A stretch of 64,000 bases of DNA, from the NCBI GenBank assembly GCA_903893485.1, contig CAITMK010000004.1, forward strand, positions 431 through 64,430, written 5' to 3'. The number at the start of each line of letters is the position of its first letter. Positions within the stretch are counted from its first letter, which is position 1. Positions 1 through 10,622 of the stretch are shown piece after piece. This DNA comes from Candidatus Magasanikiibacteriota bacterium (GTDB taxonomy: Bacteria; Patescibacteriota; Patescibacteriia; Magasanikbacterales; 2-02-FULL-50-9b). The notes beneath the pieces are model-generated. The model did not search any database. It saw only the letters and a list, made by a program, of their open reading frames with translations, and was not told the DNA's origin. Both the position numbers and the translations under genes were made by a program.

Positions 1-872
1 ACCAAATGTTTTGGACCATTTGCGTCTGAGGTAATAAATGGCTGGTTGATTTCAGTTTCCTGTGCGGTTGATAATTCGATTTTTGCTTTTTCTGCCGCGT
101 CCTTAATGCGCTGCAATGCTAAGGTGTCTTTGCTCAAATCAATCTGATTTTCTTTTTTGAATTCGTCGATGATCCACTGAATAATCACCTGATCGAAATC
201 ATCGCCACCTAAATGTGTGTCACCATTGGTTGCGCGAACTTCAACAGTGTCAGCGGATACTTCCAAAATTGAAATATCAAAAGTACCACCACCCAAATCG
301 TACACTGCAATTTTCTGATCAGCTTTTTTGTCGAAGCCGTATGCAAGTGCTGCTGCGGTTGGTTCGTTAATAATGCGCATCACTTTTAAGCCCGCGATTT
401 CACCGGCATCTTTGGTTGCCTGGCGCTGCGCGTCGTCGAAGTATGCGGGAACAGTAATTACTGCTTCAGTAATTTTTTCGCCCAAGCGCGCTTCGGCATC
501 TGCTTTTAATTTTTGCAACACCATTGCCGAAATTTCTTGTGGAGAAAAATCTTTGCCGCCCATGGTAATTTTTACCGCTTCACCAGATTTTACAATCTTG
601 TATGGCATGAGTTTTGCGTCACGCTGCACTTCGGTATCACCAAAACGGCGACCAATTAAGCGCTTGATTGAATACAAAGTATTTTCTGGATTCGTTACGG
701 CCTGGCGTTTTGCTGGCAAACCAACAACACGTTCGCCTGATTTTGACATCGCCACAATTGATGGCGTGGTGCGCATGCCTTCTGCATTTTCTAACACCTT
801 TGGTTGACCACCTTCGATGATGGCCATGCATGAGTTTGTTGTACCCAGATCAATACCCAAAATTTTTGACAT
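1..872 (-). CDS. dnaK: Chaperone DnaK (Hsp70), N-terminal part; runs off window edge
   Basis: Not in ORF track; manual translation from ATG at 872 gives [26 protein letters not shown], later [19 protein letters not shown] and [14 protein letters not shown]; follows grpE. Confidence 0.98.
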   Translation of the reverse strand, partial: MSKILGIDLGTTNSCMAIIEGGQPKVLENAEGMRTTPSIVAMSKSGERVVGLPAKRQAVTNPENTLYSIKRLIGRRFGDTEVQRDAKLMPYKIVKSGEAVKITMGGKDFSPQEISAMVLQKLKADAEARLGEKITEAVITVPAYFDDAQRQATKDAGEIAGLKVMRIINEPTAAALAYGFDKKADQKIAVYDLGGGTFDISILEVSADTVEVRATNGDTHLGGDDFDQVIIQWIIDEFKKENQIDLSKDTLALQRIKDAAEKAKIELSTAQETEINQPFITSDANGPKHL

Positions 873-882
873 ATTGTTTTAG

Positions 883-1371
883 TTAGTTTGTTTTTGTTTC
901 AGCCGCAACAATTACTTGCGCGGGTTTAATAATTTTTCCTGACATTTCGTAGCCGCCTGCAACTTCGGTAAGGACCGTGCCTGGCGCGACGCCCGCGGCA
1001 GATTCTTCTTTTACCGCTTCCATCCAACTTGGATCAAATGGTTTACCAACGGTTTCCATTTCGGTTACGCCGAGCTGCGAAAGCGTCTGTTTAAAAAGCT
1101 GAGCGATGTGGCCGGTGCCGGTCATCCAATTTTGCACGGCTGGCGATTGATCTTCTGCGGCTGGCACATGCGCCATCGCGCGTTTGAAGTAATCGTACAC
1201 GGGCAAGAATTTTTCCACGGCGTGCGCGGTGGCGAGCGTCATCATTTGGATGCGCTGCGCTGCTAAATCTTTTTGCAAATTTGCGTAATCAGCTTGCGCA
1301 CGAAGCGCTGCCGCTTTCCAGTCTGGTTCTTGAGGCGCTACAATTGGTTGTTCTTCTAATTCATCACTCAT
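883..1371 (-). CDS. grpE: Nucleotide exchange factor GrpE
   Basis: RAQADYANLQK, FLPVYD, GKPFDP..EAV, GGYEMSGKIIKPAQVIV motifs; between hrcA and dnaK. Confidence 0.95.
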   Translation of the reverse strand: MSDELEEQPIVAPQEPDWKAAALRAQADYANLQKDLAAQRIQMMTLATAHAVEKFLPVYDYFKRAMAHVPAAEDQSPAVQNWMTGTGHIAQLFKQTLSQLGVTEMETVGKPFDPSWMEAVKEESAAGVAPGTVLTEVAGGYEMSGKIIKPAQVIVAAETKTN

Positions 1372-2072
1372 AGATCTTGTTCAATTATTTTTTTCATAGC
1401 TTGAAGGAGCGCAAGGTTACGATCATAGCGCATGCGCATAAAGCCCAGAAGCGCGATGATTTTGTCCCCATCGCTCGTGGCAACTTTGGTCACGAGCATC
1501 GAAAGGTTGTCGTTAATCGGATTTTGTTTGCCGATTAGGATTTGCACGTCACCCGTGTGTTCGTAGGCGAGCGAGAAAACTTCGTCGAGCACTTCGTCAG
1601 TGCGATCCAGCGCGCGCGAGATGCTGCGCATAATGACCGCATCATGTGATTCTGGCGCGTCGTACATGTGGCTCATGCCAATGGCGTACAGTGAGCGCGG
1701 ATCCATGCCAACGACCACGACATTGCCCGCAAGCTCCGAAAGTTCCCGGGCAGCGCTACGGATTTTTTCTTCCGGCGTTGCACGTTCGATTTCGGTGTGA
1801 GCGGCCGCGGTTTCGCGGGTCACATTGCTAGGGCGAACAAACTCTTCGATGTACAGGCGGTACCCTTCTTCAGTTGGCACGCGGCCGGCCGATGTGTGCG
1901 GCTGGCGCAGGAGGCCTGCGCGTTCCAAGTCCAGAAGCTCGTTTCTGACCGTGGCGCTGCTCACATTTTCGTTGAGCCGCGAAACCACCCATTCACTAGC
2001 GATGGGCTGGCCTGTGGATATGTACCCCTCCACCACGATGCGGAAAATTTGGCTTTTTCTGGCTGAAAACAT
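1368..2072 (-). CDS. hrcA: Heat-inducible transcription repressor HrcA (short form)
   Basis: VSSATVRNELLDLE and QPHTSAGRVPTEEGYRLY signature; CIRCE upstream. Confidence 0.96.
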   Translation of the reverse strand: MFSARKSQIFRIVVEGYISTGQPIASEWVVSRLNENVSSATVRNELLDLERAGLLRQPHTSAGRVPTEEGYRLYIEEFVRPSNVTRETAAAHTEIERATPEEKIRSAARELSELAGNVVVVGMDPRSLYAIGMSHMYDAPESHDAVIMRSISRALDRTDEVLDEVFSLAYEHTGDVQILIGKQNPINDNLSMLVTKVATSDGDKIIALLGFMRMRYDRNLALLQAMKKIIEQDL

Positions 2073-2096
2073 AGCCTTTTTGAGTCTTAAAACACA

Positions 2097-2137
2097 TTAG
2101 CACTCTGGAGTATAGAGTGCTAATGAAGGGTTGTCAA
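2097..2137 (-). promoter_or_regulatory. CIRCE operator overlapping sigma70 promoter of hrcA-grpE-dnaK
   Basis: TTAGCACTC-N9-GAGTGCTAA at 2097-2123 (exact consensus); minus-strand TTGACA (2137-2132)-17 bp-TATACT (2114-2109), with the -10 inside the CIRCE spacer. Confidence 0.96.
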
Positions 2138-2162
2138 GTTGATTTTATCTAAAGAATATTTT

Positions 2163-4265
2163 TTAGATAGTCTCCGCAACAAAATCATCAAATTCCTGGC
2201 GAAATTCTTTTGATTTAATCATCCAGAGATCATCGAGGTCTTTAAATGGATCGATGAATTGCTCGCTACCCACATTCAATCTGTCATAAGTACTTGATGT
2301 ACCAGGAGCTTCTGTAAACCACTCATCTTGTTGATCTGTGGACACCCCAATCGCTTTTAAATCGTTCTTGTCACGCACCAGATGTGCCAATTGTCGCATC
2401 TGCCCTTCGATTGGCCGTACCTCATTTTTATACGCCTGATAATGACCTGCAATTTCTGCGAGTTTAGCTTTCCATTCTGGATTTGATTTGATCGCGCCAA
2501 AAAATTCTTGCTCAAACGGGTACTTCACCTCGTCTTCAATTGCGGAATATAACCACGTATTATTCAAGGTTGCCACATATCGATAGTCTTTTGCGGTATT
2601 CTCAATGGCTTTATTTGGATCTTGAAATAATTTTGGATGCGTACGACGAATTTCAGCGAGCATGTTCTGGACTGCGGTTCGGTCTTGGTTAAGAATTTCT
2701 GTGTGAGCTTTGAGTACCTTATTACGCTCCGCAAGAAGATCTGCGGTTTTTTGTTTCAGTTCTGTATAATTTTTTGGTTTATTTTTTTCAAATTCAGCGC
2801 TTGCCAATTGCCATCTGAAATTCCGCAAACGACTTTCAGCATCCATTTGCACCTGAGATGCATCAGACTGGATGGCATGAATAGCTTCTAATTTTTCATT
2901 GCCAAAAAATCCGGTAAGAGGTTTCTCACTTATTTTTGCTTCTTCTAGCAATGCTAACTCAAATGCGTGCTTTGCAGCTGTTGCCTTTTTTTGCGCCGCA
3001 CGCGCATCAAACTCCAAAAGAGATTCTTGCGCGGCTGGCGTTTCAGCGCGGGCTTCTGCGCGATAATGCTGAAGAACTTTGGCCTCAATTCGACTTCCAA
3101 CCCCAACATAGGTTGGATCCGTTCGAGCAAAAAGACGTACATGGTCGCGATTCAGATCAGTTAAACTTCGAATTGATTCTGCTTTATAGAATTCACCAGG
3201 TTGAAACTGCACCGGTTTTCGAGGACCTTTTGGCAAGAGTCCTTTCGCAATCAAATCTTGCATGAGTTTATCATCGATTTGCTTTGAGTCACCACTTGCC
3301 AGCGCAAAACTTCTAAGATCTTGATCATATGCGTTCACTTGACTTTCAAGCATTGCGAGACGTGCTTGGTATTGGGCACTCACGCGCACCGCATTAAAAA
3401 TTTCAGATTTAAGTATCGGATTTTTTTCAACATCTTCAATTACATGCGGCGCCACCTGCTCAACCATCACGGCAAATTCAGGATCAGTCATTGATCGTGT
3501 GCCCTTTTTTTTCAGCCATTCTTCATTGTGAGCGCTGCTATATTTTCGTTGAAGTGCAAATAATTTTTGGTTTGGAATATGCCCAGCGTCCCAAAATTCT
3601 GTTGACATCGTATAATCTCTAAATTCCTTTGCCGAATCCAGCAACGCTGCTTTTTCTGCCAAAATTGATTCGCGCGTCAATTCGGTTTCAACGGCACTTT
3701 CCGCTTCTGGATGTTGCGCGGCATTTGCTTCGGCCATGCGCACGGTCGCAGAAATTTGCAGATCCTTAAGCACTTCCGCGTCACCACTTTGCATCGCCGC
3801 ATCCATTTGAGCAACTTCTTCATCAGTAAGTGTCTCAAGCCGCTCTAGTAGAGCTGCTAAATTTTCATGCTCTGCGGCAGCGGTTCGTTTTGCATCAAAC
3901 GCTTCTTTTACACCCGGCACGTGAGCGCCACGCGCTGTTTCGCGCCGCACACCGTGCACTTCCTCTTCGGTGGTAACACCTTCTTGTAGCGCTTCATTCA
4001 ACGTCGGCATTACCTCGCCAACCGCTTCACGAACCTGTGCTTTATGCTGCGCCACCAATTCAGCATGCTGAGCCGCAGTATTTTGAGCAAGCTGATTATA
4101 AGTACTCGCTGACAAATGCAACGCATCGCGAACACGATCGCGAGTTACTGTGGCCTGCTGTTGTTTTGCTTTTGCTTCTTCGGCTGCTGTGGCAGCAGCA
4201 AGCTCAGCAGCCTCTCTTTCTCTTTTTGCGGTTAAACGTTGTTGGATATCTTCTAAGACGCTCAT
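2163..4265 (-). CDS. Hypothetical helical/coiled-coil protein, 700 aa
   Basis: Long ORF, A/E/K/Q-rich; N-terminal domain resembles the neighbouring ORF. Confidence 0.8.
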   Translation of the reverse strand: MSVLEDIQQRLTAKREREAAELAAATAAEEAKAKQQQATVTRDRVRDALHLSASTYNQLAQNTAAQHAELVAQHKAQVREAVGEVMPTLNEALQEGVTTEEEVHGVRRETARGAHVPGVKEAFDAKRTAAAEHENLAALLERLETLTDEEVAQMDAAMQSGDAEVLKDLQISATVRMAEANAAQHPEAESAVETELTRESILAEKAALLDSAKEFRDYTMSTEFWDAGHIPNQKLFALQRKYSSAHNEEWLKKKGTRSMTDPEFAVMVEQVAPHVIEDVEKNPILKSEIFNAVRVSAQYQARLAMLESQVNAYDQDLRSFALASGDSKQIDDKLMQDLIAKGLLPKGPRKPVQFQPGEFYKAESIRSLTDLNRDHVRLFARTDPTYVGVGSRIEAKVLQHYRAEARAETPAAQESLLEFDARAAQKKATAAKHAFELALLEEAKISEKPLTGFFGNEKLEAIHAIQSDASQVQMDAESRLRNFRWQLASAEFEKNKPKNYTELKQKTADLLAERNKVLKAHTEILNQDRTAVQNMLAEIRRTHPKLFQDPNKAIENTAKDYRYVATLNNTWLYSAIEDEVKYPFEQEFFGAIKSNPEWKAKLAEIAGHYQAYKNEVRPIEGQMRQLAHLVRDKNDLKAIGVSTDQQDEWFTEAPGTSSTYDRLNVGSEQFIDPFKDLDDLWMIKSKEFRQEFDDFVAETI

Positions 4266-4283
4266 AGTATATATTGATCATCT

Positions 4284-5417
4284 TTATATTTTCTTTACCA
4301 AATTCTGCTCAACCTCTCTTCTCCATTGACTAATAAACCCAACATCTCGATTATACTGAATGCTTGTAAAATTCTTCGGTTTTAGGATTGCACCCAACCC
4401 ACGATTTGATAGCGATCCAGGATGAGCAAAGTGAGTGTAGTCCAAATTTTCCACCTTTATGATTCCTGAATCTGTCGTGTGAATTTCCCCACCGGGATTT
4501 GATAAATAAAGATCTTGCTTCGGATCAAATCCATTTTCAAATGCAACAATAAGTTTGCCCGACTCTTTCATTCCCTGCTTTATTAACCAAATAAGTTCAA
4601 ACATCAAAGAGCAACTACCTGATGCGGCAGCTGTCTCAAATCGCTGCACAGCCTGCGGCATCACGCCCAACTTCGTAGCAATTTCTACGGCTAATCGTTC
4701 TGCGTTAAGAGGCACTTCCTTAAAACCCTCTCCATTTTTAAAGTGATTCCAATCTACCATATTACATAACTCAACAATTTGAGTGTCTAAATCTTCAAGC
4801 TTCGCTTTAAATTCAATCATCGCACCTGGGTGACTAAAGAGATGGCTGATTTGTCGTTCTTTATTTTTTAAATAAGTCATCTGCAATTCTGACTGTTTTT
4901 CGTATGGACGCACTCCACTAAAAGGCGGTGCAAAGGTTTTTATGGAGAATTCAAAATCAGGATTTTTATATGTTTCAGTATATAATCCATCAACGACGGT
5001 ATTTGTCATTTTATAGTCGCCCGATCGAAGCGCACGTTCAAGTGCGGCTGTTTCCTTCGGAGCCATGAGAGGTAATATTTCTATAGCTCGTCTTATGGTT
5101 TCTTGACGAACCATATCACGTTTCGATTCTGCCAGATTTTTCTTTAGCAACTCAAGCGTAGCATCCTTTGCTGCATGCAAGCCTTGATCGTACGCTTCAT
5201 TATTCAAAGGTTCGCCTTCGTCCAGAGCCCCATTAAACTTTTGACGAAAAGCCTGCGTTGATTCATCGCTTGCATTAAGTAAGGCCGCCTTTCTTTGAGC
5301 ACTCTCCCCCAAAGACTGTGTCAATCGCTCATGAGAAATATGAAGCGCTGCTCTCACATGATCGGCTGATACAGAATTGGTGTTAGTAGGTTGTTGGTTA
5401 TCAAGTGACTCTGACAT
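4284..5417 (-). CDS. Hypothetical protein, paralogous N-terminus to 2163-4265
   Basis: Long ORF; ATG at 5417 (MSESLDNQ) avoids overlap with the upstream gene. Confidence 0.78.
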   Translation of the reverse strand: MSESLDNQQPTNTNSVSADHVRAALHISHERLTQSLGESAQRKAALLNASDESTQAFRQKFNGALDEGEPLNNEAYDQGLHAAKDATLELLKKNLAESKRDMVRQETIRRAIEILPLMAPKETAALERALRSGDYKMTNTVVDGLYTETYKNPDFEFSIKTFAPPFSGVRPYEKQSELQMTYLKNKERQISHLFSHPGAMIEFKAKLEDLDTQIVELCNMVDWNHFKNGEGFKEVPLNAERLAVEIATKLGVMPQAVQRFETAAASGSCSLMFELIWLIKQGMKESGKLIVAFENGFDPKQDLYLSNPGGEIHTTDSGIIKVENLDYTHFAHPGSLSNRGLGAILKPKNFTSIQYNRDVGFISQWRREVEQNLVKKI

Positions 5418-5421
5418 ATTT

Positions 5422-5985
5422 TTAGTGTTGTTCAATTTTCCCTAACAAAACATTTTCTACAAAAATGCCACGGGGAAAAAATATCCGCTCGAGTTCATTT
5501 TTGATTTCAGTTTCAATCATGTCGCGCTTCGTAAAGTTCATTTCTTCGTAGGTAAAGCGTGAAGCAATTAAACGAAAACGTGAACGAATCGTTGGGCGCA
5601 CAATTTTTTGTACAAATTCTTCGCCAATGGTTTGCCAAATTACGGGAATTTGATGCACGTCTAAACGCATGAGCACGGTACCTTGCATGGTGACATTTTC
5701 ATTATCTCGTGTGGTCGCTTCGATTGATTTATCACCAAGCGCGCGAATCATTTCTGGATTAAAATCATCATCAATGGTGTATTCCAAAGTTTGCACATTA
5801 AACAATTTCGCTTTCTGCCAAAATGGAATTTTTAAATGCAGGCCTGGCGTATACACACGCTTCAGCACGCCGCGACCTAAATCGTACACAGCCGCAACAT
5901 ATCCTGGTGGCACATAAATCGCAATGCCTTTAAGGACATCTTCCATGACAAACGAGTACATCATTTTATCGATTTCTTCTGACAT
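5422..5985 (-). CDS. SPFH/Band 7 (prohibitin-like) protein
   Basis: VPPGYVAAVY, PGLHLKIPFWQ, IVRPTIRSRFR, RGIFVENVLL pattern. Confidence 0.85.
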   Translation of the reverse strand: MSEEIDKMMYSFVMEDVLKGIAIYVPPGYVAAVYDLGRGVLKRVYTPGLHLKIPFWQKAKLFNVQTLEYTIDDDFNPEMIRALGDKSIEATTRDNENVTMQGTVLMRLDVHQIPVIWQTIGEEFVQKIVRPTIRSRFRLIASRFTYEEMNFTKRDMIETEIKNELERIFFPRGIFVENVLLGKIEQH

Positions 5986-5991
5986 ATAATT

Positions 5992-6744
5992 TTAGTGATG
6001 AGCCGCACCTGCTTTTTTCTTTTTGAAAAAAGTCACACGGATAAGCGTGAGCAAGTACGAAAATAATAATGAAGTTAGAATAAACAAGGACTTAACCATT
6101 GGCAACCACCAGAGAAACAAAAATGAAAGCAGTGGAAATACAATTAAAAATGTTTTCTCCCGGCCCGTCATTTTTCCTTTTTTCCCCTGGCGACGAATCA
6201 AAATTTCGATGATAAGCACCGCCGCAACAATCGCTGGCCAAATAATACTCTGGTGGCCAACATCGAACACCAATGTTTGCGCTGCCGTTGGTCCATATGG
6301 CACCGAGAAAAACACCGTATTTAATTTGCCTGGATAATCAATGCCTGGATACAAAATACGCGCAAGCTGCGTACCCTGAATACCCGTAATAAATACTTGA
6401 TAAAGCAAAACCAAAACCAACAGCTGAATCGCCAATGCCGTGGTTTTTGCCCATGGACGAATTTTATACTTGCGCGCCAAATGACGCACGTACTCTTTTA
6501 AATAAACCGGATCCGCACGATGGCGCTTTTGCGCTTCAATAATTTTTTCTTCCATTTCTTCGTATGCCATGGCGTTACGTTCCGCCATAATTGAAAGTGG
6601 AAGCAAAAATATGCGTAATGCCAACGTAAGTGCCACCACCGCCCAACCCAAGTTTTGCTGGGCAATAGTGTTATAAAAATACACCAAAGCGTTTACCAGC
6701 GGTTGGTACAAAAACAGCTGCCAAAATGCAACCAGGTCATTCAT
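5992..6744 (-). CDS. yidC: YidC/Oxa1 family membrane insertase (short)
   Basis: YQPLVNAL..NLGWAVVALTLALRIFLLPLS motif, several TM segments. Confidence 0.8.
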   Translation of the reverse strand: MNDLVAFWQLFLYQPLVNALVYFYNTIAQQNLGWAVVALTLALRIFLLPLSIMAERNAMAYEEMEEKIIEAQKRHRADPVYLKEYVRHLARKYKIRPWAKTTALAIQLLVLVLLYQVFITGIQGTQLARILYPGIDYPGKLNTVFFSVPYGPTAAQTLVFDVGHQSIIWPAIVAAVLIIEILIRRQGKKGKMTGREKTFLIVFPLLSFLFLWWLPMVKSLFILTSLLFSYLLTLIRVTFFKKKKAGAAHH

Positions 6745-6777
6745 ATAGGTCAAAGTATATCATGTGTTTGGATTAAC

Positions 6778-8022
6778 CTACAACCGCGAGGTATCGCGGC
6801 GCATCAGTGCGCGCATGATCCAGTCAAGGCAAACCTTGGTACGATTTCTGAGGCTCCACATGCGCTGCAAAAAAACATAGCGGCGAATAATCCACATAAT
6901 CCTGCCCGAAAACCGAAATGCGCCCAGCTGCCCCACCGCAAACCAGTCGCCAATTGGCACAATGTCGCCTTTGCTTACAAACTTAAATGGTCGAACTGGC
7001 TGATGCGTCAACAAATTATACATATTTTGCGCCGCGTGTGCTGCCTCCGCGGTTGCGGCTTGTGCGGTTTGGGGAACCATAACTTTTTCCGGAAAAACAA
7101 TTTCTGCCACATCGCCAATCACAAACACCTCAGGATGTCCAACAAGCTGAAGCGATGCCGTTGTCGCTAACCCTCCATGTGCCGCAAGTAATTCGGCAGC
7201 AACCAAACCACGCACCGATGATTCCATGCCCGCAGCCCACACACGAAGGCCCGCACGCAATTCCCCACTACCCGCAACAGTCACACCATTTTTGGTGCAC
7301 CCTTCTACTTTTGCATTCAGCATTATTGTAACACCCATTTTTTGTAGACGCGCCGCGGCTGCTGCAGAAAGCGAAGGATGCATCTGACGAAGTAATCGAT
7401 CGCCCGCATCAATCAGCGTAATACTTGCCTCATGAATATCGACTTCTTGATACAATTCACGCAATTCGGTATGAATAAGGTCAGAAATCTGCCCTGCCAA
7501 TTCAACACCAGAGGGACCGCCGCCAATAATTATTGTTGCTAATAATTCCTTGCGTACTGCAGCATCTTTTTCACGTGCCGCTTTTTCAAAATGATCTATC
7601 AATTGATTCCGAACCACAACCGCATCATCAATCGATTTAAAAGTGGTGCAATTTTCATGCGCACCGGGAATGCCAAAATAATTTGGCCGCACACCCAGCG
7701 CGACGACAAGATAATCATAATTAATCTCACCACTATCGGTAACAAGTTTTTTTTGTGCAACATCAATTTTTTGAATCTGCGTTTCCGTGACAGTTTCAAC
7801 ACAGCAATTTACAATTTCACGCAGTGGTTGCGTAATATGATTTCGTTCAACAGAACCAGTTGCAACTTCGTGCAACATGGGGTAAAACAAAAAATAATTT
7901 TTATCGGAAACCATTTGAAACCGTACCGCCGGCGAACCGTGCAGTTTTTTGTGCAATGTCTTGTATAATTCAACACCGGCAAACCCACCTCCTGCAATAA
8001 CAATTTTTTTCATATTAGACAT
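6778..8022 (-). CDS. ndh: Type II NADH:quinone oxidoreductase-like FAD oxidoreductase
   Basis: IVIAGGGFAG, YDYLVVALG, IIGGGPSGVELAG, VFVIGD, PQTAQAA motifs. Confidence 0.88.
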   Translation of the reverse strand: MSNMKKIVIAGGGFAGVELYKTLHKKLHGSPAVRFQMVSDKNYFLFYPMLHEVATGSVERNHITQPLREIVNCCVETVTETQIQKIDVAQKKLVTDSGEINYDYLVVALGVRPNYFGIPGAHENCTTFKSIDDAVVVRNQLIDHFEKAAREKDAAVRKELLATIIIGGGPSGVELAGQISDLIHTELRELYQEVDIHEASITLIDAGDRLLRQMHPSLSAAAAARLQKMGVTIMLNAKVEGCTKNGVTVAGSGELRAGLRVWAAGMESSVRGLVAAELLAAHGGLATTASLQLVGHPEVFVIGDVAEIVFPEKVMVPQTAQAATAEAAHAAQNMYNLLTHQPVRPFKFVSKGDIVPIGDWFAVGQLGAFRFSGRIMWIIRRYVFLQRMWSLRNRTKVCLDWIMRALMRRDTSRL

Positions 8023-9046
8023 GTCGCCATTTTAATTTCCACCAGGTTGCCGCAATGATAATCAATTCAATACTACCACAAATACCACCCACGGTCGCGA
8101 TGATTCCCACAAATTCACGCGCGCCGATTGCAAAAATAAATGCAGGAACTATCATGGCCAGCGCCCAACTTGTAAAATGAGATAATCCAAAATCCCATTC
8201 ATACATGCGTTGCACTGCCAGTCCAATGGTAATAAAACTTGCGCCCATAAGTAGCGCTGCAAATGCATTTCCAATATGTGCCGCGGCAGGCCCAAGAACC
8301 ATGCCCAAACCCTCGGTTGCAACTTCGGTCGTTGCAATGCCCGTTAATCGAACTACGCCCCACACGAACAATAAATAAATAATAATTGGCACCGTTGAAC
8401 CAAGCACCACGGCGGTCAAAAAAGATTTGTGTGAGTGTTTTGTGAGTTCATGTACTTCAGCGATTGCTGCGGTGCCATGAAACGCAAAAAGCAAAACACC
8501 AAGTGGTAATAAAACAGAAATGTCAGTTTGTGGCAACAATGGCAAGTGCGTTCCGTGGGCAATACCCCACATACCAAAAGTCACCAGCACAATGATGGTC
8601 AGTGCATTGATCACTGAATCAATTGATGCAACTACTTTGATACCGCGATATACAATCGCTGCGCCGATTGCAAAAAAAATACAGGTCCACGCAAGTGAAG
8701 TGCCACCAAAAAGTAGCGACAGACTTTGCCCTTCTCCAATTAAATAGGCCGTGAGCGCACCGGTATGCAGTAATAAAAAAACCACGAGCATGAGTGACGC
8801 GGTTTTTTTTCCTAAAATTTTATTAACCACACCGGCCATTTGTAATCGGCCTTTGGTGTGTTCAAAAATATCAGCAAGCGCCAAATGCGTTACCAGCAAG
8901 AGTAATCCAACGCCGCAAATATATGCCGTACCCATGAGCAAGCCGGTGCGCGCAATTACCGAAGGTAATCCAAGTACCCCGGCACCCACAATTGTGGAAA
9001 ACAAAATTGCTGCTCCCCGCAGTGCGGGACGATTCAAAGAGCTCAT
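8015..9046 (-). CDS. Aromatic amino acid permease family (TyrP/Mtr-like)
   Basis: STIVGAGVLGLP motif, ~11 TM segments. Confidence 0.85.
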   Translation of the reverse strand: MSSLNRPALRGAAILFSTIVGAGVLGLPSVIARTGLLMGTAYICGVGLLLLVTHLALADIFEHTKGRLQMAGVVNKILGKKTASLMLVVFLLLHTGALTAYLIGEGQSLSLLFGGTSLAWTCIFFAIGAAIVYRGIKVVASIDSVINALTIIVLVTFGMWGIAHGTHLPLLPQTDISVLLPLGVLLFAFHGTAAIAEVHELTKHSHKSFLTAVVLGSTVPIIIYLLFVWGVVRLTGIATTEVATEGLGMVLGPAAAHIGNAFAALLMGASFITIGLAVQRMYEWDFGLSHFTSWALAMIVPAFIFAIGAREFVGIIATVGGICGSIELIIIAATWWKLKWRHV

Positions 9047-9058
9047 GCGTTTCGAAAA

Positions 9059-9862
9059 TTATGACTTCAGTATACCACGAAGCGCGGCTGCAGAAAATAA
9101 AATTGCGGACACCAAAACCACCGTTGGCCCCGTTGGTGTTCCAAATACAGCCGACGCAAATAATCCGCCAAGCATCGCAATTGCGCCGCATAAAACCGAA
9201 ACAATAACTAAACCACGAAATGATTTTGCAACATATTGCGCGGTCGCGGCAGGCAAAATCATGAGCGCGCCCATCAAGATGCCGCCAACCATGGTAAGAC
9301 CCGCGGTTACCACCATGGATAAAAGTAAAAGAAAAATAATTTCAACGCGACCAACGGGTACACCATCAACACGCGCCATGTCTTCGTGAACTGCCATGCG
9401 AGTAAGTTGTGTAAAAAGTGCAATGACGCCACAAATCACCACCACCAATAAAATTGCTGCAGTAATTACGTCGCTGGTGCGAAGCGTTAAAATATCGCCA
9501 AATAAATACATGAACAAGTTGCCGCGATACCGTGGCAACAACGTCATGAGTACCACACCAAATGCCAGCGCCGAAGAAAAAAGTACCCCAATAATCGTAT
9601 CAACATCGTGCGTGCCACTGCGTCGCAGCCGCGCGACCAACAAACCCATAAGCATACTCACCACCACCGCACCAATAAACGGATGCACCCCAATGAGTAG
9701 TGCAATCGCAACACCGGTAATACTTGCATGCGCAACCGCGTCAGTGAAAAATGCCATGCGGCGCACCACTACAAAAATACCAAGCAGCGCCGCGGCCACC
9801 GCCATCATGACGCCAACCAAAATTGCTCTTTGAAAAAATGGAAGAAAAAGTAAATCAAACAT
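9059..9862 (-). CDS. znuB: Zn/Mn ABC transporter permease
   Basis: RRMAFFTDAVAHASITGVA, YLFGDIL, ILPAATA motifs. Confidence 0.9.
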   Translation of the reverse strand: MFDLLFLPFFQRAILVGVMMAVAAALLGIFVVVRRMAFFTDAVAHASITGVAIALLIGVHPFIGAVVVSMLMGLLVARLRRSGTHDVDTIIGVLFSSALAFGVVLMTLLPRYRGNLFMYLFGDILTLRTSDVITAAILLVVVICGVIALFTQLTRMAVHEDMARVDGVPVGRVEIIFLLLLSMVVTAGLTMVGGILMGALMILPAATAQYVAKSFRGLVIVSVLCGAIAMLGGLFASAVFGTPTGPTVVLVSAILFSAAALRGILKS

Positions 9863-10622
9863 GTTGGTGTGTGTGAGTTTCGCCATCGTGGGCATACAGC
9901 GCGGTATGACTGCCGTACATACGCTCGATGTTTTCGGCGGTTAGAACCACGTGTGGTGATCCACGACAGATCATGCGCTTATCGATGCACACGACTTCAT
10001 CAGCATAGCGAAATACAATATCTAATTCGTGCGAAATTAAAATAATGGTGCGCTGCTCTTGCAGCGACAAATCCTTAAGCAAGCTATAAATCGTTTGTCC
10101 ACCGCCGATATCGATACCTGCAGCTGGTTCATCTAAGCACAAAACATTTGCATCATCAGCGAGCGCATATGCTATCATGACTCGCTGCAGTTCCCCGCCC
10201 GATAAAACCGCCAATTGCTTTTTAAATAAATTTTCCGCGCCAACGCGTGACAACCATTTTTTTGTATGCTCCGTTGCTTTGCCAGTGCGAAACCAAAATG
10301 CGCGTGTACCACGACGAAGCAAAAATAATTCTTCGACCGTTAACGGAAATGCGCGAGAAATAAAAACTTTTTGCGGCACATAGCCAATCCGCACACTTGG
10401 TGCCCACAAAACGGATCCGGTATGCGGTAACAGTCCGAGCAATGCCTTCATGAACGTAGTCTTGCCCGCGCCATTCGGGCCAACAATTGCCAGCACCTGC
10501 CCCACCGATAAATCAACTGAAATATTTTCAATTATTTTTGTTCCAAACAAAGAAACACTCACCTCTTTTGCGGTGAGCACATTTTTCGATTCTAAATTAT
10601 TTTGTTTTGGTAACTGGTGCAT
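9855..10622 (-). CDS. znuC: Zn/Mn ABC transporter ATP-binding protein
   Basis: GPNGAGKT, IGYVPQ, LSGGELQRV, LDEP, ISHEL; His-rich tail; start uncertain. Confidence 0.92.
   Translation of the reverse strand: MHQLPKQNNLESKNVLTAKEVSVSLFGTKIIENISVDLSVGQVLAIVGPNGAGKTTFMKALLGLLPHTGSVLWAPSVRIGYVPQKVFISRAFPLTVEELFLLRRGTRAFWFRTGKATEHTKKWLSRVGAENLFKKQLAVLSGGELQRVMIAYALADDANVLCLDEPAAGIDIGGGQTIYSLLKDLSLQEQRTIILISHELDIVFRYADEVVCIDKRMICRGSPHVVLTAENIERMYGSHTALYAHDGETHTHQHV

Noticed and set aside
328-807. 159-aa + ORF and similar antisense ORFs opposite core genes
   Set aside because: Shadow of dnaK; same for those opposite ileS, mreB, apbE and rplJ
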